Below are positions 1 to 11,100 of a stretch of DNA of 64,000 nucleotides, piece after piece; positions within the stretch are counted from its first letter, which is position 1; every line of letters begins with the position of its first letter. A model generated the notes under the pieces. It did not search any database and was not told the origin of the DNA. It worked only from the letters and a program-made list of their open reading frames with translations. The DNA comes from Amoebophrya sp. A120 (Eukaryota; Protista; Dinoflagellata): assembly GCA_905178155.1 (NCBI GenBank), contig CAJINV010000003.1, forward strand, positions 8,929,292 to 8,993,291. The letters run 5' to 3'. Position numbers and translations under genes: made by a program.

Positions 1-113
1 TGGGCGCGCCGGAAATGGAGCGACCAATCTGGGCGCGCCGGAGCCGCGACGACCACATTGGGCGCGCCGCGGCCTTGTTTTGGGGCCGGCGCTTTTTTCT
101 TTTTGATTTGTTA
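1..113. repeat. End of a GC-rich repetitive element with ~30-bp periodic TGGGCGCGCCG units
   Basis: tgggcgcgccg occurs at 1, 30 and 59, followed by a T-rich end (tttttgatttgtta) resembling the end of the GC-rich element at 40755-40768 (tttttgaatcgata). Confidence 0.5.
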
Positions 114-452
114 TCTAGATGTCGATGATGCTAACTGACATTTGCGTTTCTTCTAATGCCTACTTCCAGGCGAAGCTGGCTTTGCTAGTACATATTAGAC
201 CCAGAATCAGTCAATGTAAACGGTAAAGAAGTAGCCACAGCAGCTTATCTATTCTAGAGCTCTATAACCTAGCCACCGTTGACTGGCGCAGGCGCATGTG
301 CTGCGTGTGCCTCCTGTAAATCATTGCCATTGCAGCTAGCACTTGGCGAAAATCTTTAGTTTTGCCGACACTCACACTCTCACTAATGCTGCAAGACATC
401 AAACCATTGTTCTTTTTCGGTATTTCGGGCGGGGAGAGTTTGCATCTTGATA

Positions 453-1317
453 AAGCCGGTGCATGGCCAACACGTCACCGCCGGACTTGCGAAATTGCAC
501 GTGCAAGGTCTGTATCAAATGCAAAAGTGTCTGGGTCTGGAAGAATGCGCGATTTGTCATGCAGCTTTTCCATGACCCACGAGGTCTGGAATGCAGGACC
601 TAGCATGACAGATTCTGTGCGATCTCTATCATGCCTATCCTGCACGAGAAACTCCCTCCCGACTTGGTCAAAACTGCACGACTTGTGGTAATCATGCAAC
701 ACAGATTTTTGCATGATTCAGATTTAGCATGACAAGTTGCAATCTTCCAGACCCAGACATTTTTGCATTTGATAGTCTGCACGTCCGGGTCCTCCATGGT
801 GGTGTAGATCCAAATGTTAGTATCGTAAGGAAAAATCCCCCCTCCCCATACTGAAAACGTATACTGTCGGAAATTTGTGATGCTGATTTGTGGTCGCAAA
901 TCGTGTCTGCCTTGCAAGAAAGCAAACCCAGAAGGCCCCCCGCATTATGCAGGCGGTTTGTGATCATGCTGTTGGGCCTACAGCATGGACTTTTGTCATG
1001 CCGAGCGCCTAGGCCAAAACCTGTCCACTCCGGCTTGATACGAGCCTGCAGTCCTCTATTGCAAGACAAGGCTTATTTGTGTACGCAAATCCAGCATCAG
1101 AAATTCCATTTTGATATGGGGAGGGGGGATTTTTCTCTTTGATAGTTAGTGGTGCGACCCATCATCCCTGCCGTCTCGCAGCACCACCCGCCCACGGCCG
1201 AGTACGGAATAGTGCGGAACTTGTAGTTCTTTCGAACGTTTCGCCAGTGGATGTACGCTGTACAGGGAATCCCGCCGAAACCCGACTTGTCGAAAGGGCT
1301 TTTGCGCGGCGGGCCAT
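453..1317 (-). CDS. Second copy (paralog or alternative haplotype) of the internal exons of the bacterial-type PH domain gene
   Basis: 1145-1317 matches 2600-2772; 453-512 and 775-820 match 2390-2476 and 2586-2604. The two exon differences I saw are synonymous (AAG/AAA, CTT/CTC). Intron homology extends to ~189. Truncated by the N gap. Confidence 0.75.
513..774. mobile_element. TIR introner (family B), 262 bp, TSD GTCTG
   Basis: 32-bp TIR tatcaaatgcaaaagtgtctgggtctggaaga / tcttccagacccagacatttttgcatttgata with 1 mismatch; gtctg at 508-512 and 775-779; empty site caaggtctgcacg present in the other copy near 2441-2453. Confidence 0.95.
821..1144. mobile_element. TIR introner, 324 bp, TSD GTTAG
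   Basis: TIR tatcgtaaggaaaaatcccccctccccata / tatggggagggggatttttctctttgata; gttag at 816-820 and 1145-1149; empty site aaatgttagtggtg at ~2596-2609. Confidence 0.93.
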
Positions 1318-1417
1318 NNNNNNNNNNNNNNNNNNNNNNNNNNNNNNNNNNNNNNNNNNNNNNNNNNNNNNNNNNNNNNNNNNNNNNNNNNNNNNNNNNN
1401 NNNNNNNNNNNNNNNNN
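1318..1417. other. Assembly gap (100 N)
   Basis: Run of N; true length unknown. Confidence 1.
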
Positions 1418-1543
1418 TACCGAGCCTCGCAGTATGATCCACTTGAATGCAAGGCAAGGAGCTTCATGTATTTGGAACCACACCTGCAGCAACACAATAA
1501 ACTAAACGTTTCTGAGAATGGCGGGGCACTTTTCCTTCTGATA

Positions 1544-3410
1544 GCTCTCCACGGCGAACAGCCGCACCCGGTTCCAGAGCAACGAAATGTAGCCAATGCT
1601 TCGACCCGTCAGGCCCCGCTTGTCGACGACGAGCACCCTTTTCGTAGTCAGCATCGTCGTGTCGCGGCCGGACTTGTAGGCCATCTGCACTTTCTCCTGC
1701 GGGTGCAGGATATGAGCCATGGCTTGCTGACACTTCTCGGGGCTCAGCTGCGACGCATCCCCCTTCAGGAAGTCGAACACCTTGCTCGCAGCGTATCAAA
1801 CAGAAACAAAGCACACTCATGAAAACCATAGCCGTCAAAGTAATCGAATAAAGTACACGCAGTACATTTTTGCAGTCGACAAGACGCGTTTCGGATGTAA
1901 AAAGAAAACTACGACCGCAATACCGTCAGAAAAAACGGCGCGTGTAGGGCATGCACTTCGCAAGATATTTATTGTGATGTGAGTGTGACGTCATGGCGTG
2001 GGTGTGCTTGCTTCGTGTGTGATACCGTGCCTTCCTCGGCGACCGGCATCACGTCCTCCCCGACTTCATCCACGGCTCCAAAGGGGTCAGATTTGGGCAG
2101 CGCGTATTGCGTCAGCAGCCTATTCTAAGAAAATATCCCCCCACCCCTTCCGATGGTGGTTTGACGTGGCCACAGGTCAGATCAATGTTAATAGGTACAT
2201 ACATATTAGACCCAGGATCAATCAATGTAAACGGTAAAGAAGTAGCCACAGCAGCTGCCTCCCGTAAATCATTGCCATTGCTAGCACTTGGCGAAAATCT
2301 TTAAGTTTTACCGGCACTCTCACTAATGCTGCAAGACATCAAACCATTGTTTTTCGGTATTTCGGGCGGGGAGAGTTTGCATCTTGATAGAGCCGGTGCA
2401 TGGCCAACACGTCACCGCCGGATTTGCGAAATTGCACGTGCAAGGTCTGCACGTCCGGGTCCTCCATGGTGGTGTATATCCACAGAAAAAAACCAATCCA
2501 CATCCATTTTTTGCATGACAAACACAGGATTTTATGTATGTTTTGCATGAGAAATTGGATGTGGATGGGTGTTTTTTCCTGGATAGTGTAGATCCAAATG
2601 TTAGTGGTGCGACCCATCATCCCTGCCGTCTCGCAGCACCACCCGCCCACGGCCGAGTACGGAATAGTGCGGAACTTGTAGTTCTTTCGAACGTTTCGCC
2701 AGTGGATGTACGCTGTACAGGGAATCCCGCCGAAACCCGACTTGTCGAAAGGGCTTTTGCGCGGCGGGCCATCTTTGAGCAGAATGCGCTTGTTCGTGAA
2801 CAACAGCTTGCGCTTATCCACTTTGAAGCGTAGTACCCATTTCCGACTACTTGTCATGCCAAAGCACGCGCAACGTGTACCATGGGGCTGCACTAGCGAT
2901 AGCGTGCCACAGTAAATTCATACTTTCTTTTCTTGTATAAATTATGCGCGTCCAAAACCAAAACCGAACTATATATTTCATCTCGCCTGTTTATTGTCCT
3001 GCTTCACATGAGCATGCAAAAGCTTTTGATGACTGCCTCAACAACAATAACAAATATTCCATATAAACGAGCAGGACTACGTCCTCTACGGCAAATGTGG
3101 TGAAGAGGAAATGGGTATGTTTTCGCTCAGGATAGCGCTGGAAAAACTTGTACGCTTGCAACACCGTTTCTCCCTCTTGCAAGGCTCCTGGGCACTTGCC
3201 GCGGAGACTCTCCTCGGCCGCTTTAGCGTTGCGGGCACGCATGTCTTCGTTCGTATTGCAGGCGCAGTCAAAGCACTTCTTCCCACAGCCCGGGTCTTGG
3301 TAGACCACTTCGTCCGTCATTTTCACAGTGTTCTGACGCTGCGGTGGAGCGGGGCGAGCTTCAGCTTCTCCCCCAGCCGCAGGAGCAGCCTTGGTTTGTT
3401 CGTCGGTCAT
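1544..3410 (-). CDS. Multi-exon protein with at least two tandem bacterial-type PH domains (bPH_1/YjqA-like); 3' end lost in the gap
   Basis: Exons 3410-3135, 2809-2586, 2471-2390, 2115-2025 and 1788-1544 join in frame: ...GETVLQAYKFFQRKLLFTNKRILLKD...IPYSAVGGWCCETAG...IWIY...DVLAMHRLLTQYAL...FDFLKGDASQLSPEK...EKVQMAYKSGRDTTMLTTKRVLVVDKRGLTGRSIGY. This fits the recalled bPH_1 pattern (AYKxxRDxxxFTxKRxxxxDKQGxTG...IPY...ETAG). Confidence 0.85.
1794..2024. mobile_element. TIR introner, degenerate TSD (CAGCG/CCGTG)
   Basis: TIR tatcaaacagaaacaaagcac / gtgcttgcttcgtgtgtgata; removal with 5 nt gives in-frame EEGTASKVFD. Confidence 0.8.
2121..2389. mobile_element. Aged TIR introner, TSD CAGCC/GAGCC, shared by both gene copies
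   Basis: tatt...gata ends with a weak IR (tccccc/ggggag); removal gives in-frame AMHRLLTQYAL; the homologous intron is at 189-452. Confidence 0.75.
2477..2585. mobile_element. TIR introner (family D), 109 bp, TSD GTGTA
   Basis: TIR tatccacagaaaaaaaccaatccacatcca / tggatgtggatgggtgttttttcctggata; gtgta at 2472-2476 and 2586-2590; empty site ggtggtgtagatcc at ~798-811. Confidence 0.95.
2815..3134. mobile_element. TIR introner (family E), 320 bp, TSD GCGCT
   Basis: tatcc...tacccatttcc / ggaaatgggta...ggata; gcgct at 2810-2814 and 3135-3139; removal gives AYKFFQRKLLFTNKR in frame. Confidence 0.9.
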
Positions 3411-4365
3411 CCTCGTGGAAGATGAGTGTGCCGCTTCCTTTTAGGTGCAGGGAAAGGAAAGAAAGGTAGCTCCCGATCTTCGAGAGGAACTGTTACGTAT
3501 TTGAAAGTGCGAAAGAAGATTGCCGTCGATAGTTGCACTTGCACTTGCGTTCGGGACAAATAGAAATAGAAGAAAAATCTATTTGTATTTACTACTTTCG
3601 TAGTTCACAACTTGTAGCTGGTTTCTGGAAGATGAAGTGCGTAACTGGGATTAGAATTAGAGTGCTGAATGGGGAGGTAGAGCGGGAAGAGTTGAGAAGT
3701 TGAAAAGAAGGACACTAGGAGCGCCAATCCAGAAAGTTTCCTGCGATTACAAATATGTAAAAACTTTTCTCGAAGATGCTAGTACATGTAAAACAATTTT
3801 ATTGCACACGTGTTCTTTTATTCCGAAATGCTTGAGCAACGACCAACTTTGCACGAATTTTGCCTGAGCACGTTTGGCGCACGATGACGATACGATTACA
3901 CCGAAGAAAGTTACATACAAGCGCTGCAACACGGCGCGCAAACTAGAAATCAGTAACAACCGACAACTGGTTCGGAGACTCTGACTCACCTTACATGAAT
4001 GTGTTACCGTTGCGCTACAGATGTACTCTTCGATGATTTTCCTACGTCTACTGTGTCTCTGACACGACCGAAGTAAGTTGCGAAAATACTCATCATGAAC
4101 GAATCATCACTGATACCAAAACGCTCGTCCAGGGAGCGGGACTGCACGATGACACGTGCTCGAAGTGGACCGAAAGCACCCGACTTTTTCTCGTCCCGAG
4201 ACTAGGGAGAGCGGCAACCGATCGCTTCAGTCTTTTCCTTCGACATGGTCTTCCTCACAAGAGTGAGACCACTTCCACTAAAAATTAAAATAAAGTTGTA
4301 ATTTGCAATAAATAAATGCTCGTGACCTCATACATCAGCTGACTGGGGTTGTGCTGGGTATCTGT

Positions 4366-4860
4366 TATCGCTTCAGAAAGAAGAAAAGCGAAACAGCAAA
4401 ACCGGAGCCGTTGCTTCGGTTCTTAGCAGAGTAAAGCGTAGACGGCAAAGCCTTCGCGGCTACTACTACTTTGCCTGCTTGTCCCAAATTGCCAGAGCCC
4501 CGGGGATCCGTCACGTTCGGCGCGCAGGCTTCGGCGGCAAAGTAGTCGAGGGCCGACGGGCTGCTGCAGGTCCGGGGCATTCAGGACGGCCCGGCTAGCT
4601 CCGGTGGACCCAAAGAACAAACTCGGGAAGCCCGTCCGGCGGGGCCCGGGCGAGCCCGCCGCCGTGTTCCGGCAGGCCCGTCAAAACTTTGGCAGGCCGG
4701 CCGGAGTTGGGCGGTCCGATACGTCGGCCGGATCGGCACATCCATACTTCGCAGGCCCAGCACTTGCGGACCTTTAAACGCCACGGCTTGATGTCCTCGC
4801 GCCTGCGACAACTGCACAGGAAGCACAAAACGAGGAGCGCAAGACTTCTCTTGCCACATG
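4366..4860. mobile_element. GC-rich insertion, probably related to the element at 39777-40768
   Basis: Starts tatcgcttcagaaa, similar to the reverse complement of the 40768 end (tatcgattcaaaaa); interior strongly GC-rich (ggccgg/cccgg motifs). Right end not resolved. Confidence 0.4.
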
Positions 4861-5133
4861 CCAACTTTGTTCGTTCCATTTCCATCCTCTGACTTTGTTT
4901 GTTTATATTGCTTTTCACATTCGGCGAGACAATAGTCAATAGCTCTCTACTTCTTCGCAGACGCACCACGTCCTCTATTACGGATACGGGCAAGGCACCG
5001 TACGCTGATAAAAGAGTATCTCGTACTTATTTGTTATCAGGTCCTCCCACCCAAAAGTTGTAAATGCTTTAGTTTCTACAACAGCCTCCTACAAAATACA
5101 CAGTCCACCAGGGCTTCGCCCTGTTCATTCTCC

Positions 5134-8100
5134 CTACGAAAGGCTGTAACCTCCGCGAGAAGATACTTGTGACGAGCCTTCGTCGAGCAACTTCATCACA
5201 CGTCCTGAAGAGTCGTCCCCGTCAGCATCACAAAGGGGTGAACAAGGGGCCGGATTGAAGTTGGGCACGAGTGGTTGTATTTGTTTGTTCCTCTGAACCT
5301 CGGGCACTGATTGTCGCAATGTGGACGAAGTAGCACCAAACAACTGATCGCGTAGCGGTAGCGCCGGATCTGCCGCTCGGGTCGTCACCTCTACAGCGGA
5401 AGTTTTCGATTGCAGATGTCCTTGAAGGGAAGCAGCGTAGTGGTGGTTCCGCACCTTTTCAGGAGCGGGGCGGTTATCGATTGCACTGACGGAGAGCAAG
5501 TATCGTTCCTGGCGCCATCCTCCTTTGTCGGTGCCGTCGCTATCCTCATCTACCTCACTAGTCCCCAGTAAAGGAATTGCCTCAACAATCTCGGATGAAC
5601 TGGCGTTCTCTACATGTTTATGTTTTGTGGTTGGGCCTAGTTCCTTCTCCTTGCTGAGGATGAAAATCTTGTTGCTGGCGACTGCTTCTCCACCATGTTC
5701 TTCCTCTTCATCATCTACATCTTCATCGACATCCAGCATGTCGGACTCGATCTATCAGAATATAGAAATGTCCCGCGTCCAGCTCACTTACTAAACTCAA
5801 GAGGAACATTTAGATTGATTTCGATGGTGATGCATTGATCGATGGAACGCTTGCGCTACGTACAGGTTCTTGTACTATGACTGTCTGACAGAACCCTTTT
5901 TTTCATGAAAAAAGATGCGGAGCTGCTTGCTTGCACGTCCTAGAAACGGAGATGCAACGGGCGCTAGGGACAATTTTCTTTCTGGTAGAACCTCCGCACC
6001 GAGTGATAGCTCAGGTACCGGCGGCGACCGCGCAACATCTCTACCGCGACTGGCGCTTCTGGTCTCCGCAGCGTCGTCAGAAAAAAACCTATCGCGTTCG
6101 TGATCAACATGATCTTCATCTGGTGTTAGTACTTCGCCATTGGTTGTACAGGGACTGGAAGCTACCGTCATTCCGTCATGTTGCTGCTCGTCTTCTGATT
6201 GAGCTTCATCATTTTCATGTGATGCCACCAAGCGCGCGTTTCGATTTTCTTCACGGTGTCGTAGTTGTCGGTTGTCCGAGGAGAGAGCGTCGAGATCTCC
6301 ATCTGGCGACATCTGCATCCATTGCCTCTGCCTGGGAGTACTACTTCGGTCACGCTGTGTGGCTGCAGGGCGGACAGCGGAGGCGGAAGATGACGTGACT
6401 GCGAGAAAGCGATTGACTCTTTCTCGTGCTGTGAATTCCTTTGAAGTATTTGCTCTACGGGCTGAGTGCGTTAGATAGCTGGTAGAAGAAGTATGTACCG
6501 GACGATCTACATGGCCGAAAGACTCCTCGCGCTGACGTTTCATGCGCCGGCCGTGCAGAATTTCTCCTACCGAAGAATCCTCGCCAAGCTTCGTCGTCTC
6601 TTGTGCTCCTAGTCCTAGGAAAAATTGGACTTCATTACTGCTAGCACCAGCTGGCTCTCGTTCCCTGTTTGCGGCCTCGACTTGTTTGGCTGCAGCGTTC
6701 GGCTGGGTTTGTGTAGATTTCGCCAGTGCCAGAGCTCGCCCTTCGGGAGCTGCCAGACGCACTATCGCTTGCGCATCCGTGTCGAAATCAGGTTGAGCTT
6801 CTGCAGCCCTCTCACACTTTTGCTCACGGCCCGTCGATTCAACTGCTAGAGAAGATGACCTATGCATTGCAAAAGTGTCCTCTCGATAGTACTAATTGTA
6901 AAAATCATAAGTTTTGCACTAGCACTAGCACTACGAACTGGCTTAGAAAAATGACAAATGGAGACGTGACAAATGGACGTCCACGTCGATCTGTCTATGC
7001 ATGACTGCGATCACAACTGCTTGCGAGCGCGATAGCGATACTTTTGCAAAGGATACGACATATTTGGACGTGCGAAATGGAATCCTTTCCCGACGTTGGC
7101 AGCTTCATTCATTTTCATTCGCCGTCGCTGCATCGCTAACGATGATGAGGAGGAGCCACTCTGGGACCCGGGCCGCCCACCAGAGCAGGGAGTAGAATAG
7201 TAGAGACTCGTCGATGCTGGAGCGGCCCCGGCCGCCTTATGATGTTCAGCCGCTTGGCGATATTCTTCTGCGTCTTCTCGTTGGTCTTCTACTCCTTGAG
7301 TCGATGCTGGATCACGCGAACTCCTCACCTCGTTGAGGACCAGGTTGGTTTTTCCGGCAGGCGACTCAAACTTCGCGATGAGCTTGCCGATGACACCCGT
7401 TTGCTTTGCGGACGCGTTCTTGTGATCATACTGGCTAAGCTGCGGCTGCGAGGTAGCGACTTGCATATGCGTTGCGCCGGTTCGCAGTGGCGTTGAATCG
7501 GTTTCGGTAGCATTAGCTTTAGGCTCAGCCGCGGCAATCGGTAGTACATCTCGTCCATACGGTGCTGCATCAGTCACGGCCAAATTTTGGGACTGCTCGC
7601 TTGCCTTTGCTGCTACTTGTTCATTATCTCGTCGATGCAGCGACTCGCCGCGCCGTCGCTGTACAGGGCCTCCTGGCACCTGACGCCCGAGCCCAGCCGG
7701 CGTCTTCGTGATGTTGTTCTGCTCCATATCGAGAAACTCATCTTCGTGCAGGTTAGGTCGGGGAGAAACCACGACCGAGGTCATGTCCAACATGCTTGTT
7801 GTCGTGTCACTTGTCGATGTCAGATCAGGCTGGAGGAAGGTTTCCTGCAGTTCTTGTTGACCCACGACAACGAGTGGCGTAAATTGTGCGTCCTCAGATG
7901 ATGCAGATGCACCGCGCTGGAAGTTCTTGGTAATTCCACTTCGACTGATCGCCGCAGTGTTGATGCCTAGGCCGGCGGTTTCCATCCGCGTCTGTGCGAC
8001 ATCTTCTTGTTGCAGCTCCGCACTGCGCTGCAAGACAGACGCGAGGCAATGCTGGAGATTAATTAATCCCTTTGACTCGAAAACCGAATGCATTAACTCG

Positions 8101-11100
8101 ATGACGATATCGCGCCACTGCTCTCGCTCCGCACTGGTTCGTGGCCCGTACGTGAGGGCGGTTTGAAGGGCCGCGTACCCTCCGTCTGCTTCCAACAGCC
8201 AGCGAGGCCCGTCAGTGTAGGGGAAACTGGCTGATTGCCCGGTGGGACCTCCGGCGCCGCCCAATCTGACACCTGATTCAGATTTTCATTTTTATGGGAA
8301 AATAAAGAAAAAAAATCCAGGCCGTGTTCTGTGCGATGCCATTGCGAAGTTCAGGCTCCTCAGAAACAACGGAGTAGTTTTTATTTTCTTTTGATCTTGT
8401 GGATGTGCGAACGTCAGTTCATACATAAACCCAAAAAACTTCATCAAGCTGTACCTAAAGCCAAGTTTGTTTTTACCTCGAGACGTGGCTTCTTGGTCCG
8501 AATTTGTTTGCATGGCTAAAGATGAAGATCCTGCTGGTCGCGCTTCCATCTCTTTCTGGTCAACGCCTTGGAATTGGTCTTCATTTCTCTGCTTTAGCGG
8601 AGATGTGCTGTTGTAGATCGGACAAGAAAGGTTATCAATAATCATGAATGTTTGATATTTGATATTTGTTTTTTGCATTTTTTTATTATCAAGTCAGAAA
8701 AAATCTAAGTGTGTTTGCAAAGAAGTTCCTAGCTTCGTGGGGTAAGAAATTCTACACTAAAATCCACTTGCAGCCCCCGGTAATGTGGATGAAACCTTAG
8801 TCTCTGCACAGCCTGCCGTGGCCTTGATTTTCATTTTTGACAGCACGAAAAAATGAAAAATGCAACACTTGACGAAGCAAAAAAATGTACCTGCGTGTGA
8901 TGATTCCCATTTGGGAAATCTTTTGGCTTTGTTCACCGGGTGGCGCGCTTTCAGTTCGTCTCTTTTCCGCAATCTCGCGGCGCAGGTCTCGGCTTTTGTT
9001 TGCGAAGTACTGCGAGCGTGTCATGTGCTGCAGCGGTGTGGCACTAGCGTTTTTTATTCGGTGAAACCAGATCCCCGAGGCCGAGTCCGCAGCTATTGGA
9101 GCATTGCTCATCTTGTTTATCTTCGTTACTCCCGCTTCACGATGCACTTCTACTTCTTCTACTTTGAATGCGTCCTCGAGGTCTCCGGGTCCGGGGTTCG
9201 GAGAGGAGATCAAGGATGGAAATTGAACTTGGAATTGCTCCTCCTGTTGCGGCTTCTGCTGTTCTTGATAGAAAAAAAACGGCCGGGGCCCAGCGGAGCA
9301 ACACATATCCTCCCACCAGGCCGGAATCTGCAGGCCGCCCGCGTGGTCGCCGAGACGCCTCTTTTTCAGCATTTTTCTCACGTGGTGCTGCCGCGGAGCG
9401 GAAACAGTTGGCCGTCTTGCGATACGGTTGAATGCGGCAACAGTACCAGCAACGGAAGAGAACGACTCAGGGACGTGCATGCCAGCTTGAGAGGATGGTG
9501 AAATGGAGCCGACGTTGTTTTGATGCATTACTTTCCACTTCTGCAGACTCGGTCGCCTCATCGTCACCGGCACGCTGCGCTCCGGCTCTTTACTGAAGAA
9601 AATCTCCTCGCAGCTGTCACTACTACTATCAAAAGATTCTTGTTCTTTTTCGGGATAAAATAGCAACGGGCCACCTTCCAGCGAGCCGCCAGCATAGTCG
9701 GCGAAACCACTACTACTACTACCCTCTTCATCCGCTGCGTTTTCCTCCATTGCTTTCGCGTCGAAGTAGTCACGTAGCGGATTGAGCCGGTAGGTGACAA
9801 CCGCAAGTGGGAGGGCTTGGAACGGAAGTAGCGACGCCACCGCAACAGTCCTTTCGCTACAGGAGTAGACCCACGCATCCAAGAGGACTAATCGATGTAA
9901 AACCTGGTCGCCGTGGTCCAACGGTGACCTTGCTGCTTGTTGTCGACCACGGCTCGCCATCGCCATCTGGTGTGCGGCCAGGGCATCCACAAAGCCATAT
10001 GGCTTTCGAAGTAATTCTGGTATTATACTCGACGCGGATGAGGTTGAAGATTGGGGTGACCCAGGACCTGAAATTGTTGTACCATATGTTGCTGGTTGCG
10101 CAAACTGAAAGTCCCCACCACCTTCGACAGCCGATCCGTGAGATCGGTGTCGTTTACGCGGACGGTCGCGGTGAGGATGCAAATTGCGGTGATGAGAACT
10201 TGGATGATCCTCATGCGTCCGTCCCTTCGATGATGTGCCCGTTTCCCCGTTTGCATTTGCTTTTGCTGTGTGCTCGTTCCCGGGATAAAACAGCAGCGCG
10301 GAAGAGGCGGAGCACAAGTTCGATTTGTTTCTTAGGCTGGTGGTCCTTCCACCGAAAGAATTTGACTGCTGGCCGCGATGATTGTTCCTATTTGGTCGCG
10401 TTCGAAAGTTGGAAGGAGCTGAAAGCGTCATACTATTGTTTTGTCGTTTATTTGAGAATGCGGGCGGCCTGCCGGCGCGGGCGTCGACCACAGCAACACT
10501 TCTCCCATCTTCAGTAAAACCAGCGCATGGAGGTGAAGAATCCCGGGAAGACTGGGAGGAGGATTTTTGAGTAACGAGATCCAGCGCAGTGTCCGGATAA
10601 AAAAGGTGGCTCGGTGGATGCTCTGTCGTCGTGTCTGCAGCAGCGGTGGCCGAATGCGAGTGCTTGTGTCCAAAAGTAGACGCAGCTGAAGAGGAGCTCG
10701 GATCTCCAAGTGGTCCACCAAGCTCGTACGTCGAAGGACTACTGTTTTTCCGCTGCTCCTGCTGCCTCCAGAAATTGCGAGCCCCTCTTGCCGAAATTCC
10801 CTGCTTCGATGATCGGGTCTCTGCTTGTTCCACAACATGCGGGGACGAGTAGTGATTGGCTTCACCTTCGTAGGTGCCAATATTTCTGTCTCTTCGTGGC
10901 TGGTAAAAATTCGTTTTTGTGTCCCAAAGCTCCGACCCTTTCGCGCTCCGAACCTTTTGGGTTTCGTCGCGTAAATTGGCGTTGCTCTTTGTCTTTGCTC
11001 CCCCGCTTCGTCCCGCATTCTTGCTGGAGGTGGATGCGGCTGCACCAGAAGTGGGGGTTGGCACGTTTGCTTGTCTGAGAAAATCGCAGTCCGGCCCTGC

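Noticed and set aside
1-70. Short repeats with variable spacers, superficially CRISPR-like
   Set aside because: Repeat core is only 11 bp, there are three units, the context is eukaryotic and no cas genes are present.
247-309. 63-bp segment present only in the left gene copy, starting with tatc
   Set aside because: No GATA end or TSD; treated as an ordinary intronic indel.
3831-3842. TCGTTGCTCAAG on the minus strand resembling the 3' half of the spliced leader
   Set aside because: Only 12 nt match and the 5' half is absent; compatible with chance.
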